Origin: Heptranchias perlo
Lineage: Eukaryota
Length of the DNA: 64,000 nucleotides
Assembly: GCF_035084215.1 (NCBI RefSeq)
Contig: NC_090370.1
Location: 7,564,001 to 7,628,000, forward strand
Direction of reading: 5' to 3'
Made by a program: the position numbers and the translations under genes. The notes beneath the pieces were generated by a model. The model saw nothing but the letters and a program-made list of their open reading frames with translations. It was not told the DNA's origin and ran no database searches. Positions 49,130 through 62,569 of the stretch are shown here, one piece after another. Each line of letters opens with the position of its first letter. The stretch's first letter is position 1.

Positions 49130-49650
49130 TCATCACATTACAGGAAAGATGTGATCGCACTGGAGAGGGTACAGAGGAGATTTACAAGGATGTTGCCAGC
49201 ACTGGAGAATTTTAGCTATGAGGAAAGATTGGATAGGCTGGGGTTGTTTTCTTTGGAACAGAGGAGGCTGAGGGATGATTTAATTAAGGTGTATAAAATT
49301 ATGAGAAGCCTAGATAGAGTGGATAAGGAGGACCTATTTCCATTAGCAGAGGGGTCAGTGACCAGGGGGCATAGATTTAAAGTAATTGGTAGAAGGATTA
49401 GAGGGGAGCTGAGGAGAAATTTTCACCCAGAGAGTGGTGGGGGTTTGGATCTCACTGCCTGAAAGGGTGGTAGAGGCAGAAACCCTCAACTTATTTAAAA
49501 AGTACTTGGATGTGCACCTGAAGTGCCATAACCTACAAGGCTACAAAACAAGTGCTGGAAAGTGGGATTAGGCTGGGTGGCTCATTTTCGGCCGGCGTGG
49601 ACACGATGGGCCGAATGGCTTCCTTCTGTGCCGTAAATTTTCTATGATTC
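49130..49650 (+). mobile_element. CR1 LINE 3' fragment
   Basis: LERVQRRFTRMLP...SYEERLDRLGLFSLEQRRLR...TRGHRFK; 3' UTR hairpin. Confidence 0.92.
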
Positions 49651-50148
49651 GAAGAGCCTTGCTATACGCCCATCTTACGAAAACAGAGTGTTGTCACTAG
49701 AATGTCAGTGAAGCGTAACACTATGCCCATCAGTATAATTATAGATTCTGTTCTCCTAAAGATGGGTTGTGTTTGGAGTGGGAACTTTACAACACTAGTG
49801 GTGATTACAGTCTGTGACAAGTGGTGGGAACAATTTAAGCTGATGAATTCAGAGTATCACACAAGAACTGTGTAGTCCTAGATTAAAGTGTATTGGTTTA
49901 AGTGCGCTTTTTCTTACAGTGTATTGGTACAAATATGCTAAATAGACTTAGTGACAAAGTTGTAACGTCATACTCATATTAATGATTTCACTCCAAATAG
50001 TCAGTTGAACTCATTTCTCCCACTAATTCCGGCAAATATTGCCACTTGATTTTGTGCCTTCTATTGCTGCTGCCAGTGCTGACATTAGTAGCGCACGTCA
50101 TGGTGAGGAGATGAGACAGTAACTCTTTACACACTACGCTAAATACAT

Positions 50149-51120
50149 AGGACCCAAAATTCCACAGGGCAAGTTGCACCAGACTTTGTGCCAATCTGCC
50201 CTGAGGTGCACCCACTGACACTCCTCCAGAATTCTGTGGGTTGGCACGCTTGCATGTCAATTGGAGGATCCATTGGCACAAATCCGGTGTCAAAACGGAA
50301 GCAATGTGCTGGGGGGTTGCTTGTAAAAAGCCAAGTCGAGCTGAAGATTGCAGCAGCAGGCTGGGGGAGCACCAGTGTTCGGGTCATTCTGTTCACTGCC
50401 ACTGAGGTGCACTAAAAGCCGCGTGTGTCTTTTTGCACCATTTTTCAAGAATGGCAAGGATCTGGCACCGACAGTTGAAAGAGAGACAAAGGCATGGCAA
50501 GGAGGAGTGGAAGAAAAGCTCACAATGTTTGTGACAGTGACCTCCGAACATTCCTGGGAAAGGTCGAGCAAAGGGGAAGGCAGACTGTTCGGTCTAGACA
50601 GGAGGAAGCTGCAGAAAAATGTGTCTCAGGCCACGTGGAGGGAGGTGGCATTGAATGCCAACTCTCTCACCCACAGAACTGCAGATCAGTGCCACAAGAA
50701 GTTCAATGGCCTAACCAGGGCAGGCAAGGTAACACACTGACTACTCTCCCTTTTCTTCCTTGGACAAACTCGGGCACCAGTACACTGTTCACCCTCTAAA
50801 ATTAAAACCTCACAATTAATCTTTCACACTGTGCTCTAATTAAGAGGGGGGGGCATAAACTTAGGTTGATGCCATTCCCCGAACAGCACTTACTTACATG
50901 CAGCACCGTAAAACCCCTTCATTCACTTTAGCAGGGTGATACCACCAAGATCCCTTACATCAGCTGTCAGATGCCACCTGGGAGACAGCCCTCAATTACT
51001 AGCCTTCACCTAATTCACTCAATCTTGTTGCAGGACAAACTCGCGCACAATGCCCTCAAAAAGCATGGCACCAGAGGGGGCATCTCCGATGTTAAGCAGC
51101 TCACCCCCTACATAGGTCAG
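50149..51120 (+). mobile_element. divergent Harbinger fragment (copy E): left terminus plus Myb/SANT exons 1-2
   Basis: ATWREVALNANSLTHRTADQCHKKFNGLTRAGK|gtaaca (50729)...ttgcag|DKLAHNALKKHGTRGG (51034); terminus-like ggacccaaaatt. Confidence 0.65.
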
Positions 51121-52338
51121 GATCCCCTTCCCACCCCCACCATCCAAAAGGCTGACTCCATTCACCGACCCAGATGCTTAAAACTGTAGGGAGCTGTTAG
51201 CTTATTTACCCAGATGTTGGCAAGCTATTCATCCATGGGGGAGGGCGGTTGAAGTAGCATCGACCCGAATCCTGTTCTCACCCAGTGTCCACATCCACAA
51301 CAGGAGTCATTGGATACCAGTCAGGAGTGGGGGCCCTGGCAGGTTTTTTTAAATTTTCCCTTGACCAGGGTGCTGAGGACAATTGTAGTGCGCCAACTGC
51401 TGCCCTGGCTGAGACCAGCTAACTCAGCTCAGAGTGGGCATGAAACACAAGGCAAGGCTGATCTGCAGGTCTCAGCACCACAGCACATTTCAAACTCTAC
51501 TTTAACAGAAAAGATAAAGCCGCAAGCCCTTCAGCAAAATGACTACACCCTTCTCAGTATTGGAGGAATTCAAGAACAGAACTTGTCAGAACAGGTTAAA
51601 TCCAGCTCCTTAGCTTTCAGCCACAGGGCAAAGCAGCAAAGCTTCAGCAATTTATTTGACCACACCCATCTAGCATTCATTCCTCAGCAGGTTCAGTCTT
51701 CCATGTCCCACCAACTTTTGATACCTAACTTTCTACTTAGCCTAAGGGCAGAGATCCTGATCTCTATGCCTATTTTTACCTCTGATTTATAATTTCTTCA
51801 ATTACTTTAATTGCCGGGATAGCAATGGCTGCAAAAAAGATCGCATTAATGAGGTGACCCTAGGACTTGGTGGCACTGGGGGCTAGACACTGTCCACTCA
51901 CCTTCCAAACCTGATGGGGTGGAAAGTTTCCTCCCTGCTGTCTGTACACCTCCGACATGAAATGGTTGGAAGGGGCGGGGTTCGCATTCTCAATCCAGTT
52001 CTTAATGGGCAGGGATCCACAACAGCAAAGTGCCCGTTGTTTGGTGCTAGCTAGCAATCTCAATCAGAGAGGCTGCTTGGGTGGCTGGTGTGGGAAATGG
52101 GAGATGTCGCACCCTTCTGAGCTTGGGGCCGAGTCACGTTGTTGGGGCAGAGGAGAGGGAGCTTCATTCGGGACGCTGACACTAGCAGCCTGAAATGGTA
52201 ATTTGTCGATTCCCTGAAATCCAAACTCAACCAGCAGCAAAACATAAAGGAGCTCCAGTGAAATAACCAGCCAGTTGTCCCATTTCACTTGGATACTTAA
52301 ACCAATCTATTGAGGAAAGATGGGCTTAGTGTTTAGAT

Positions 52339-52789
52339 GGCAGCCTTGGCTCAGTGGGTATCTATCTCGCCTCTGAGGCAAAAGGTCATGGGTGCAGAGT
52401 CCCACTCCTGAGATTTGAGTATGTCATCTCCACTGACACTCCCAGTGCAGTACTGAGGGAGTGCTGCACTGTCATCAAGGCACCGTCCTTCGGATAGGAT
52501 GTTAAACTGAGGCCCCGTCTGCCCTCTCAGGTGGGCGTAAAAGATTCCATGGCACTATTCTGAAGACAAGCGGGGAAGTTCTCCCTGGTGTCCTGGTCGA
52601 TATTTATCCCTCAACCAACATCACTAAAACAGATTATCTGGTCATTATCACATTGCTGTTTGTGGGATCTTGCTGTGTGCAAATTGGCTGCCATGTATCC
52701 TACATTACAACAGTGACTACACTTCAAAAATACTTCATTGGCAGTAAAGCGCTTTGGGACATCTTGAGGTCGTGAAAGGTTTTCTTTTC
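52339..52789 (+). mobile_element. Deu-type tRNA-derived SINE, full length
   Basis: A box tggctcagtgg; core gtccttcggataggatgttaaactgagg...aaagattccatggcacta...ggtgtcctgg resembles the AmnSINE1/SacSINE1 Deu domain; L2-like tail aaagcgctttgggac. Confidence 0.85.
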
Positions 52790-53109
52790 AGTGTGCTGTA
52801 GATGGCTCACATTTTTCAATTGCAAATATCTTTAGCTACTATTTTCTGGGTCCACTGAATCAAGTGTGGTGTTTTGTTTTACTGTTTCACATTATTCAAG
52901 GTCATGCTTTGAAGACCTGTGATTTGTGTAAACGTTCAGGCCACACTTTAAATGACTACCTCCTCCCTGTTGCTCCCAAAGTTCGAACGGGGAAAAGTCG
53001 GCCATGATTCCCACTCCTGATCGCTATCCAGCGGGGTTGATTCTCAACTCACCGCCTTGGCGGTGAACAGGCAGGAGGGGCAGAACGGATCGCCGGCCAC
53101 TGTAGAACC

Positions 53110-53338
53110 CGCCCTAAGCTCTGGAATTCCCTCCCTAAACCTCTCCGCCTCTCTACCTCTCTCTCCTCCTTTAAGTCGCTCCTTAAAACCTATCTCCTTT
53201 GACCAAGCTCTTGGTCACCTGTCCTAATATCTCCTTCTGTGACTCAGTGTCAAATTTTGTTTGATAATCGCTCCTGTGAAGCACCTTGGGATGTTTTACC
53301 ACATTAAAGGCAGTATATAAATGCAAGTTGTTGTTGTT
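53110..53338 (+). mobile_element. L2 3' tail
   Basis: Shared L2 3' end with (ttg)n. Confidence 0.9.
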
Positions 53339-53612
53339 TACTCCCGTACATACTGTAACAAGAAAGGGAGAAGCCGACAGTGAAATATATCAACGATAAT
53401 GCTTCACTTTTGTCACATCCATGATTCCTCACATGCTGAATTGTCAATATGAACCATGCCATTATGGAAGCCAGGCACGTCTACACAGGGGAAGTGAAAA
53501 TGTGGGCTAATGCACTCTGTCCTACTATGGAGCACCACCTAGTGCCTGGTCACAGAACAGCAGAGGCTTGAGAGAGGTTTGGGCACTTGTCCACTGTTCC
53601 TGTCAGGGATGG

Positions 53613-56600
53613 TACATTGGTGGGTAGAAATGTTACATTGGTGGGTACAAATGTTACATGGTGGGTACATGTTACATTGGTGGGTACAAATGTTACATTG
53701 GTGTGTACATGTTACATTGATGGGTACAAATGTTACATTGGTGGGTACAAATGTTACATGGTGGGCACAAATGTTACATGGTGGGTACAAATATTACATG
53801 GTGGGTACATGTTACATTGGTGGGTACAAATGTTACATTGGTGGGTACAAATATTACATGGTGGGTACATGTTACATTGGTGGGTAGAAATGTTACATTG
53901 GTGGGTACAAATGTTACATTGGTGGGTACAAATGTTACATTGGTGGGTACAAATGTTACATTGGTGGGTACAAATATTACATGGTGGGTACATGTTACAT
54001 TGGTGGGTACAAATGTTACATTGGTGGGTACAAATATTACATGGTGGGTACATGTTACATTGGTGGGTACAAATGTTACATTGGTGGGTACAAATGTTAC
54101 ATTGGTGGGTACAAATGTTACATTGGTGGGTACAAATGTTACATTGGTGGGTACAAATATTACATAGTGGGTACATGTTACATTGGTGGGTACAAATGTT
54201 ACATGGTGGGTACATGTTACATTGGTGGGTACAAATGTTACATTGGTGGGTACAAATGTTACATTGGTGGATACAAATATTACATAGTGGGTACATGTTA
54301 CATTGGTGGGTACAAATGTTACATGGTGGGTACAAATGTTACATTGGTGGGTACAAATGTTACATTGGTGGGTACAAATGTTACATGGTGGGTAGAAATG
54401 TTACATGGTGGGTACAAATATTACATGGTGGGTACATGTTACATTGGTGGGTACAAATGTTACATTGGTGGGTACAAATATTACATGGTGGGTACATGTT
54501 ACATTGGTGGGTAGAAATGTTACATTGGTGGGTAGAAATGTTACATTGGTGGGTACAAATGTTACATTGGTGGGTACAAATATTACATGGTGGGTACATG
54601 TTACATTGGTGGGTACAAATGTTACATTGGTGGGTACAAATGTTACATTGGTGGGTACAAATGTTACATTGGTGGGTACATGTTACATTGGTGGGTACAA
54701 ATGTTACATTGGTGGGTACAAATGTTACATTGGTGGGTACAAATGTTACATTGGTGGGTACAAATATTACATGGTGGGTACATGTTACATTGGTGGGTAC
54801 AAATGTTACATGGTGGGTACATGTTACATTGGTGGGTACAAATGTTACATTGGTGGGTACAAATGTTACATTGGTGGGTACAAATATTACATAGTGGGTA
54901 CATGTTACATTGGTGGGTACAAATGTTACATTGGTGGGTACAAATATTACATGGTGGGTACATGTTACATTGGTGGGTAGAAATGTTACATTGGTGGGTA
55001 CAAATGTTACATTGGTGGGTACAAATGTTACATTGGTGGGTACAAATGTTACATTGGTGGGTACAAATATTACATGGTGGGTACATGTTACATTGGTGGG
55101 TACAAATGTTACATTGGTGGGTACAAATGTTACATTGGTGGGTACAAATGTTACATTGGTGGGTACAAATGTTACATTGGTGGGTACAAATATTACATGG
55201 TGGGTACATGTTACATTGGTGGGTACAAATGTTACATGGTGGGTACATGTTACATTGGTGGGTACAAATGTTACATTGGTGGGTACAAATGTTACATTGG
55301 TGGATGCAAATATTACATAGTGGGTACATGTTACATTGGTGGGTACAAATGTTACATGGTGGGTACAAATGTTACATTGGTGGGTACAAATGTTACATTG
55401 GTGGGTACAAATGTTACATGGTGGGTAGAAATGTTACATGGTGGGTACAAATATTACATGGTGGGTACATGTTACATTGGTGGGTACAAATGTTACATTG
55501 GTGGGTACAAATATTACATGGTGGGTACATGTTACATTGGTGGGTAGAAATGTTACATTGGTGGGTAGAAATGTTACATTGGTGGGTACAAATATTACAT
55601 GGTGGGTACATGTTACATTGGTGGGTACAAATGTTACATTGGTGGGTACAAATGTTACATTGGTGGGTACAAATGTTACATTGGTGGGTACAAATGTTAC
55701 ATTGGTGGGTACAAATGTTACATTGGTGGGTACAAATGTTACATTGGTGGGTACATGTTACATTGGTGGGTACAAATGTTACATTGGTGGGTACAAATGT
55801 TACATTGGTGGGTACAAATGTTACATTGGTGGGTACAAATATTACATGGTGGGTACATGTTACATTGGTGGGTACAAATGTTACATGGTGGGTACATGTT
55901 ACATTGGTGGGTACAAATGTTACATTGGTGGGTACAAATGTTACATTGGTGGGTACAAATATTACATAGTGGGTACATGTTACATTGGTGGGTACAAATA
56001 TTACATGGTGGGTACATGTTACATTGGTGGGTAGAAATGTTACATTGGTGGGTACATGTTACATTGGTGGGTAGAATTGTTACATTGGTGGGTACAAATG
56101 TTACATTGGTGGGTACAAATATTACATGGTGGGTACAAATGTTACATGGTGGGTACATGTTACATGGTGGGTACAAATGTTACATTGGTGGGTACAAATG
56201 TTACATTGGTGGGTACAAATGTTACATGGTGGGTACACATGTTACATTGGTGGGTACAAATGTTACATTGGTGGGTACAAATGTTACATTGGTGGGTACA
56301 AATGTTACATTGGTGGGTACAAATGTTACATGGTGGGTACATGTTACATTGGTGGGTACAAATGTTACATTGGTGGGTACAAATGTTACATTGGTGGGTA
56401 CAAATATTACATAGTGGGTACATGTTACATTGGTGGGTACAAATATTACATGGTGGGTACATGTTACATTGGTGGGTAGAAATGTTACATTGGTGGGTAC
56501 ATGTTACATTGGTGGGTAGAATTGTTACATTGGTGGGTACAAATGTTACATTGGTGGGTACAAATATTACATGGTGGGTACAAATGTTACATGGTGGGTA

Positions 56601-57310
56601 CATGTTACATGGTGGGTACAAATGTTACATTGGTGGGTACAAATGTTACATTGGTGGGTACAAATGTTACATGGTGGGTACAAATGTTACATGGTGGGTA
56701 CAAATGTTACATTGGTGGGTACAAATGTTACATTGGTGGGTACAAATGTTACATTGGTGGGTACAAATGTTACATTGGTGGGTACAAATGTTACATGGTG
56801 GGTACAAATGTTACATTGGTGGGTACAAATGTTACATGGTGGGTACAAATGTTACATTGGTGGGTACAAATATTACATGGTGGGTACAAATGTTACATGG
56901 TGGATACATGTTACATTGGTGGGTACAAATGTTACATGGTGGGTACAAATGTTACATTGGTGGGTACAAATGTTACATTGGTGGGTACAAATGTTACATG
57001 GTGGGTACAAATGTTACATTGGTGGGTACAAATGTTACATGGTGGGTACAAATGTTACATGGTGGGTACAAATATTACATTGGTGGGTACATGTTACATT
57101 GGTGGGTACAAATGTTACATGGTGGGTACAAATATTACATGGTGGGTACAAATGTTACATGGTGGGTACAAATGTTACATTGGTGGGTACAAATGTTACA
57201 TGGTGGGTACAAATGTTACATTGGTGGGTACAAATATTACATGGTGGGTACAAATATTACATGGTGGGTACAAGTGTTACATGGTGGGTACAAATGTTGC
57301 ATGGTGGGTG
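53613..57310. repeat. about 3.7-kb minisatellite, 21-bp unit with 18-20-bp variants
   Basis: Unit aaatgttacattggtgggtac with variants lacking aa or t, plus gtag, atatt and tagt substitutions. Confidence 0.98.
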
Positions 57311-57372
57311 GGGGAGAAGGGAAATAAAACTTAGATTTTCTTTAAGTCTGTGCTTCAAGTTAATTTTAATTT

Positions 57373-57571
57373 GTTCCCTCCCTAAACCTCTCCACCTCTC
57401 TCTCCTCCTTTAAGACGCTCCTTAAAACCTACCCCTTTGACCAACTTGGTCACCTGTCCTAATATCTCTTTATGTGGCTCAGTGTCAAATTTTGTTTGAT
57501 AATCGCTCCTGTGAAGCAACTTGGGACATTTTACCACTTTAAAGGTGCTATATAAATGCAAGTTGTTGTTG
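57373..57571 (+). mobile_element. L2 3' tail
   Basis: Shared L2 3' end. Confidence 0.9.
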
Positions 57572-57743
57572 ATTATTGTTCCATTGACTCCTGCTAGAAG
57601 GTGCATCTGTGGAGGTGTCAGGATTGGGGTCAGCCATGATGCCTGTCACGATCAAATAGCCTGCTTGCCAAGGCTCCCACGTGATTAATAGCCACAACCG
57701 ATACCTGTGGAACCATAGCCCAGAAGGAATCAACACCTTCAGG

Positions 57744-58016
57744 TTGGGTTGCCAACTCTGGTTGGACATATTCCTGGAGATTTCATCACATGACCTCCCG
57801 CCTCCAATTGCCTCCCTGCTCAAACAGCCTTTGGTTTCCCATCTCGAATATTTTTATAACTAATAAATGAAAATGTTCAAAGGAAATGAAAAAACACACC
57901 ATTTTTTTTCATGTCCCTATGATTTTTCTCCCGGGTGTTTGCTCATAGCATTGTCCAGGAGATTAATCTTCGATTCCTGGAGACTCCAGGGCAATCCTGG
58001 AGGGTTGGCAACCCTA
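57744..58016. mobile_element. hAT MITE, same family as 38104-38480
   Basis: TIRs ttgggttgccaac and gttggcaacccta; 8-bp TSD ccttcagg at 57736-57743 and 58017-58024. Confidence 0.9.
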
Positions 58017-58899
58017 CCTTCAGGGGAGGAGAAAAAAAAACAAGAGGAAGAAAGGATGTGTGAGCTTTAATGGCTGCTTGCGTGATGCCCTCGCTTTCTT
58101 GCAGTGGCCATTTTAGCCTTGTACCCAAACATAATCATGCGACAACTTACTCATACAAGAGATAACAGCTGAGTGTGCAGTTTAGTGGTGGCACAGCTGT
58201 TGCATGGCATGAGGACGTCTGCTTGATTGGCTGAGGCTGAGTAACAACTACCTGAGTGCTCGTCCATGACTGCATCGTGATCCAGCACCTCCCAGACTGG
58301 ATCACATTTCATTTGAGAACTGATGAAGGCCCCCACTGCAATCTTAACCTGACCCCTCTGCTGTGCAAGTCCAACATGTTCGCTTTTATCTCAGTTGCAT
58401 AAATCTTTCATTAATTCATTCAAAACCCAGGTTACAATCCTTTCATACACATTTTGCTGTATAAAACTTTCATTTAATGTCCAAAAACCCAGGTTATGTC
58501 TTTTTAGATATATGCTCATGTTCTTGAAGGCAGAATTTTCATTTTAAGACATGCAGACTGTAAGACGGTAAAACATTTCAGGCAAATTACAAACCGCAGG
58601 GAGTTGGGAGGGGCCCTATCATCTCACCAGGCTAAAGACAATCATGTAATGCAGGATCAGGTAAGAATCATACCCTTGCCATTAGCTGCACTGCTAGTCG
58701 AGTACTAATGGCTGCAGACTGCACTGAGTCAAAAAAAAATAGTCTTGTATTTACTGGTGAACCTGTGGTAGTTTGCACTGCTGTTCGAATTCTAGATCAC
58801 GATGTAGAGGGGAGGCGAGCACTATACTCAAACCTCAACCAGCAAACAGTGCCACAACAATCCACTGCACAATAAACAACAAGGCTGAAATGAACAAGA

Positions 58900-59342
58900 C
58901 CCCCTGTGCTCGCTGACCTACATTGGCTCCTGGTCCGGCAATGCCTCAATTTTAAAATTCTCGTCCTTGTTTTCAAATCCCTCCATGGCCTCGCCCCCTC
59001 CCTGTCTCTGAAACCTCCTCCAGCCCTACAACCCTCCGAGATCTCTGCACTCCTCCAATTCTGGCCTCTTGCACATCCCCGATGTTAATCGCTCCACCAT
59101 TGGCGGCCGTGCCTTCAGCTGCCTAGGCCCTAAGCTCTGGAATTCCCTCCCTAAACCTCTCTATCTCTCTCTCCTCCTTTAAGACGCTCCTTAAAACCTA
59201 CCTCTTTGACCAAGCTTTTGGTCACCTGTCCTAATATCTCCTTATGTGGCTCGGTGTCAAATTTTGTTTGATAACGTTCCTGTGAAGCACCTTGGGATGT
59301 TTTACTACGTTAAAGGCGCTATATAAATGCAGGTTGGTGTTG
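58900..59342 (+). mobile_element. L2 LINE 3' fragment
   Basis: VLADLHWLLV...FKILVLVFKSLHGLAP and shared tail. Confidence 0.92.
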
Positions 59343-60663
59343 GAAAAGGTACAGCTCTGTCGCTCCCCGATCACTCAGTTGACAATGGCATTGCTTTAAT
59401 GTGGAACTGGGCCATGCACATCTCCAAGTTCCCAGATTCAATCCCTAACCTGTGTTCAGTTAGCTCATTTCAGCCGGGCCGGTACTGGAGCAGGGGCTGC
59501 AGATGGCATCAAGTGACTAGGAAACGGACAAAATCAGCCAGGATTCTAACACCTCCCCACCATCCGGTGACCCCTTACTGGGAAGTGTGCGGCTGGCGAG
59601 TGAGCACAGGATCGGGCCCAGCTATGATGCCCAATGGTCAGCATATTCTCATCACTGAGAGATCTGGAGTCTTGGACGAGTTTTGATCGAGCAAAGGGGT
59701 TGGGAGAGGAATTTTGCAGATGTTTTTCCCTAATTGGCCGTGGGTTTTTATCTGGTTTCTCGCCTCTCATGGGGTGGGGAATGTGTGTATCGTGATGCAT
59801 CGCAACTGTGTGGGACAGGCTGGAGGGACTAGTAGGTCTTTTCCTGTCTGTCATTTTTGTATGTTCCTACTTTAATACCCAGTTTACAATGGGCTTTGGT
59901 TGTGGCAGGACATGTATTAAAACACCAAGGATTAAAGATAGTGAACTTTATCATTGAGAAAATGATAATAAAATATCCCAGAGACACAGTAGTTTTAAAT
60001 CTATAACATGAAGCTGCTCACAAAATTGATCTGACCTCTTTAAAGTCATTTCCAAGGGAATAGATGATTATCCACCACACCCACGCCTAGCCTGTGGCAG
60101 CTTGCTTGAAAGGAATGCAGAGTCAGGCAGTTTTTAAAGCCATGTAAAATGCACAGAATATGCTGCTTTCCCCCACGACAGAATCCTGAGCAGAAACTTT
60201 AATCTTTGGGCCCGCAGTTTGCATGTTATAATAACTTTGCACGGTTTTTAGAAACATATCATGATGTTATATTTCCTACAGTGAAACCTATATACATGAT
60301 AGACAGGTACAGTCCTGCTTGGAGGAGCATCAATGGGGCAAAGGGAGTGGCCGTGCTCACCTGCGAATACAAAGCAACGATTGTAAAGACTCAGCTAATA
60401 ATGTCATTTTGTTGTGAAACATTGCCATCTACTGGGCATGTTGTAAAGTTGCAGCCTCCCACTTTAAGGTATCTTTTGTTAATAGCCTACTTTTACAGGT
60501 GATCTTGTGATTTAGAATTCTTCCCTTTTGGATTTGAGACAATGAGGGGAAGTAATAAAGTTGTTCCAAGCAAACTGTTCACAAAGCAAAGCACGTTAGT
60601 TAAAAGTTTGGAATAACAAGGGAACGTTTTTTACCCAAAAGGTAATCGAATTGTAGAATAAAT

Positions 60664-60861
60664 TAAGGAATCTTACAACACCAGGTTATAGTCCAACAGT
60701 TTTATTTGAAAATCACAAGCTTTCGGAGGCTTTCTCCTTCGTCAGAGTGTGGGATTCCATGAAAGCTTGTGATTTTCAAATAAAACTGTTGGACTATAAC
60801 CTGGTGTTGTAAGATTCCTTACATTTGTCCACCCCAGTCCATCACCGGCATCTCCACATCA
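60664..60861 (+). mobile_element. Penelope-like hairpin element with hammerhead motif on the minus strand
   Basis: 61-bp perfect arms (60664-60724 and 60761-60821), 36-nt spacer and shared tail. 12-bp direct repeat tagaataaatta at 60654-60665 and 60862-60873. Confidence 0.9.
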
Positions 60862-61011
60862 TAGAATAAATTACATGGGGAGGACATTGAAGCAAACATT
60901 TTAGGCAGAAAAAAGAGGCAATTAGACGTGTTTCTGAAGAGAGCAGAGATTGGGCAACATGGTGAGATGGCAGTTAGGTCGGATTTGTCTATGAGAAGGT
61001 TTTACAGTCTT

Positions 61012-61290
61012 AGAAACATAGAAAATAGGAGCAGGAGTAGGCCATTCGGCCCTTCGAGCCTGCTCCGCCATTCAATATGATCATGGCTGATCCTCTATCT
61101 CAATACCATATTCCTGCTCTCTCCCCATACCCCTTGATGCCTTCTGCGTCTAGAAATCTATCTAGCTCCTTCTTAAATATATTCAGTGACTTGGCCTCCA
61201 CAGCCTTCTGTGGTAGAGAATTCCACAGGTTCACCACCCTCTGAGTGAAGACATTTCTCCTCATCTCAGTCCTAAATGTCCTACCCCGTA
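61012..61290 (-). mobile_element. CR1 3' fragment
   Basis: Reverse complement has FTQRVVNLWNSLPQKAVEA and the CR1 3' UTR with (tttctatg) tail. Confidence 0.88.
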
Positions 61291-61380
61291 CCTTGTCGGA
61301 TTTGGTGGCCTCTTCCTGTTGCTCAAGACTTTTTGTACTTCTAGATATTCACTCAGAACTGATAGTAATGTACCTCTATG

Positions 61381-61685
61381 AAATGTTAAACCGAGGTCCC
61401 GTCTGCCCTCTCAGGTGGACGTGAAAGATCCCATGGCACTGTTTTGAAGAAGAGCAGGGGAGTTCTCCCCGGTGTCCTGGCCAATATTTATCCCTCAACC
61501 AAGAGACTAAAAAAACAGATTATCTGGTCATTATCACATTGCTGTTTGTGGGATCTTGCAGCCAAATTGCCTGCCGTGTTTCTTACATTACAACAGTGAC
61601 TGCACATCAAAAGTTCTTCATTGGCTGTAAAGCACTTTGGGACGTCCTAAGGTCATGAAAGGCGCTATAGAAATGCAAGTCTTTC
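61381..61685 (+). mobile_element. Deu-type SINE, 5'-truncated
   Basis: Matches 52500-52780 and ends aaaggcgctatagaaatgcaagt. Confidence 0.85.
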
Positions 61686-62239
61686 ACACTAACGGACTGA
61701 TAGCAATGTAGGTCTACCTCTAAACACTAACACACAGAACTGATTCCACCTCTACGTACTAACAAAAGGTGTACACCAACAGTTATCAACCCTCAAATGC
61801 TCTAAACTAGGACAGGAATGTTTTAATTCATTCAATTTTACAATAACTTTTTCTTCCTTTCCCCAGGTAAGGACAGGCAAGCATCCAGCAGCCACACCTT
61901 TGCAAATGCAGCTCCATAATCAGTTACCAAGAGGTGTACATTTTCAGCCAAACTGTGCCTGCTGCAAAGCATGTCTATCTGTACTTATCCGATTTGGGCA
62001 GAGAGGCAATGAGTGAAACCCAAATCGGTAGGACTTAGAAAAATTTGAACAGGTTGGAATCTGGATAGATTTGTTTTCAGTAACAATTATACTCTGTCTC
62101 AATTTTTCACTGAGCGTAAAAGCTGGTGCCATGTCGCGTTGAAGCGATGGTTGTCACATGGGGCAACCTTACCAGGGTAAAATCATTTGACAAACCCTCT
62201 GCTTCCTTTGTACATGGAGCAACTCATCATGGGGACATC

Positions 62240-62389
62240 TTTCTATTACCAATCACATCCAATTGGCTGTGGGAAGGCGGTTTGCCTTGAGGATTGACGC
62301 GTCGGGCGACCAATGGTGGGAGCGGGTCAGTTGGAGGCGGGATGTGATGAAACCTCCTGGAATATGTCCAACCAGAGTTGGCAACCCTA
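62240..62389 (-). mobile_element. hAT MITE half copy
   Basis: Reverse complement starts tagggttgccaactctggttggacatattcc, as at 38104. Confidence 0.8.
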
Positions 62390-62569
62390 GCCGTCATCAG
62401 TGCCTTTATTTGCACAAAGCACACACTGACCGCAAGGAATGTATAGACTGTTCTACAGGGCGCTGCTGGAGACCCCTGTTGTTCCTTCATGTTGGGGTGC
62501 GTCATTGTAAAGGTGCTACATTGTCGACTGCAAAAAGATTTGAAATAAGATCTTAAAAGACAGAATCGA

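Noticed and set aside
53539-57413. Long ORFs of up to 460 aa (MLHWWVQ, CNICTHQ, VTLVGTN repeats)
   Set aside because: Products of a 21-bp tandem repeat with frequent frame-shifting variants, open in many frames on both strands.
58146-58320. Minus-strand exon candidate ending at a GTAAGT donor
   Set aside because: Weak acceptor, and stop codons in all three frames read from that acceptor; no recognisable homology.
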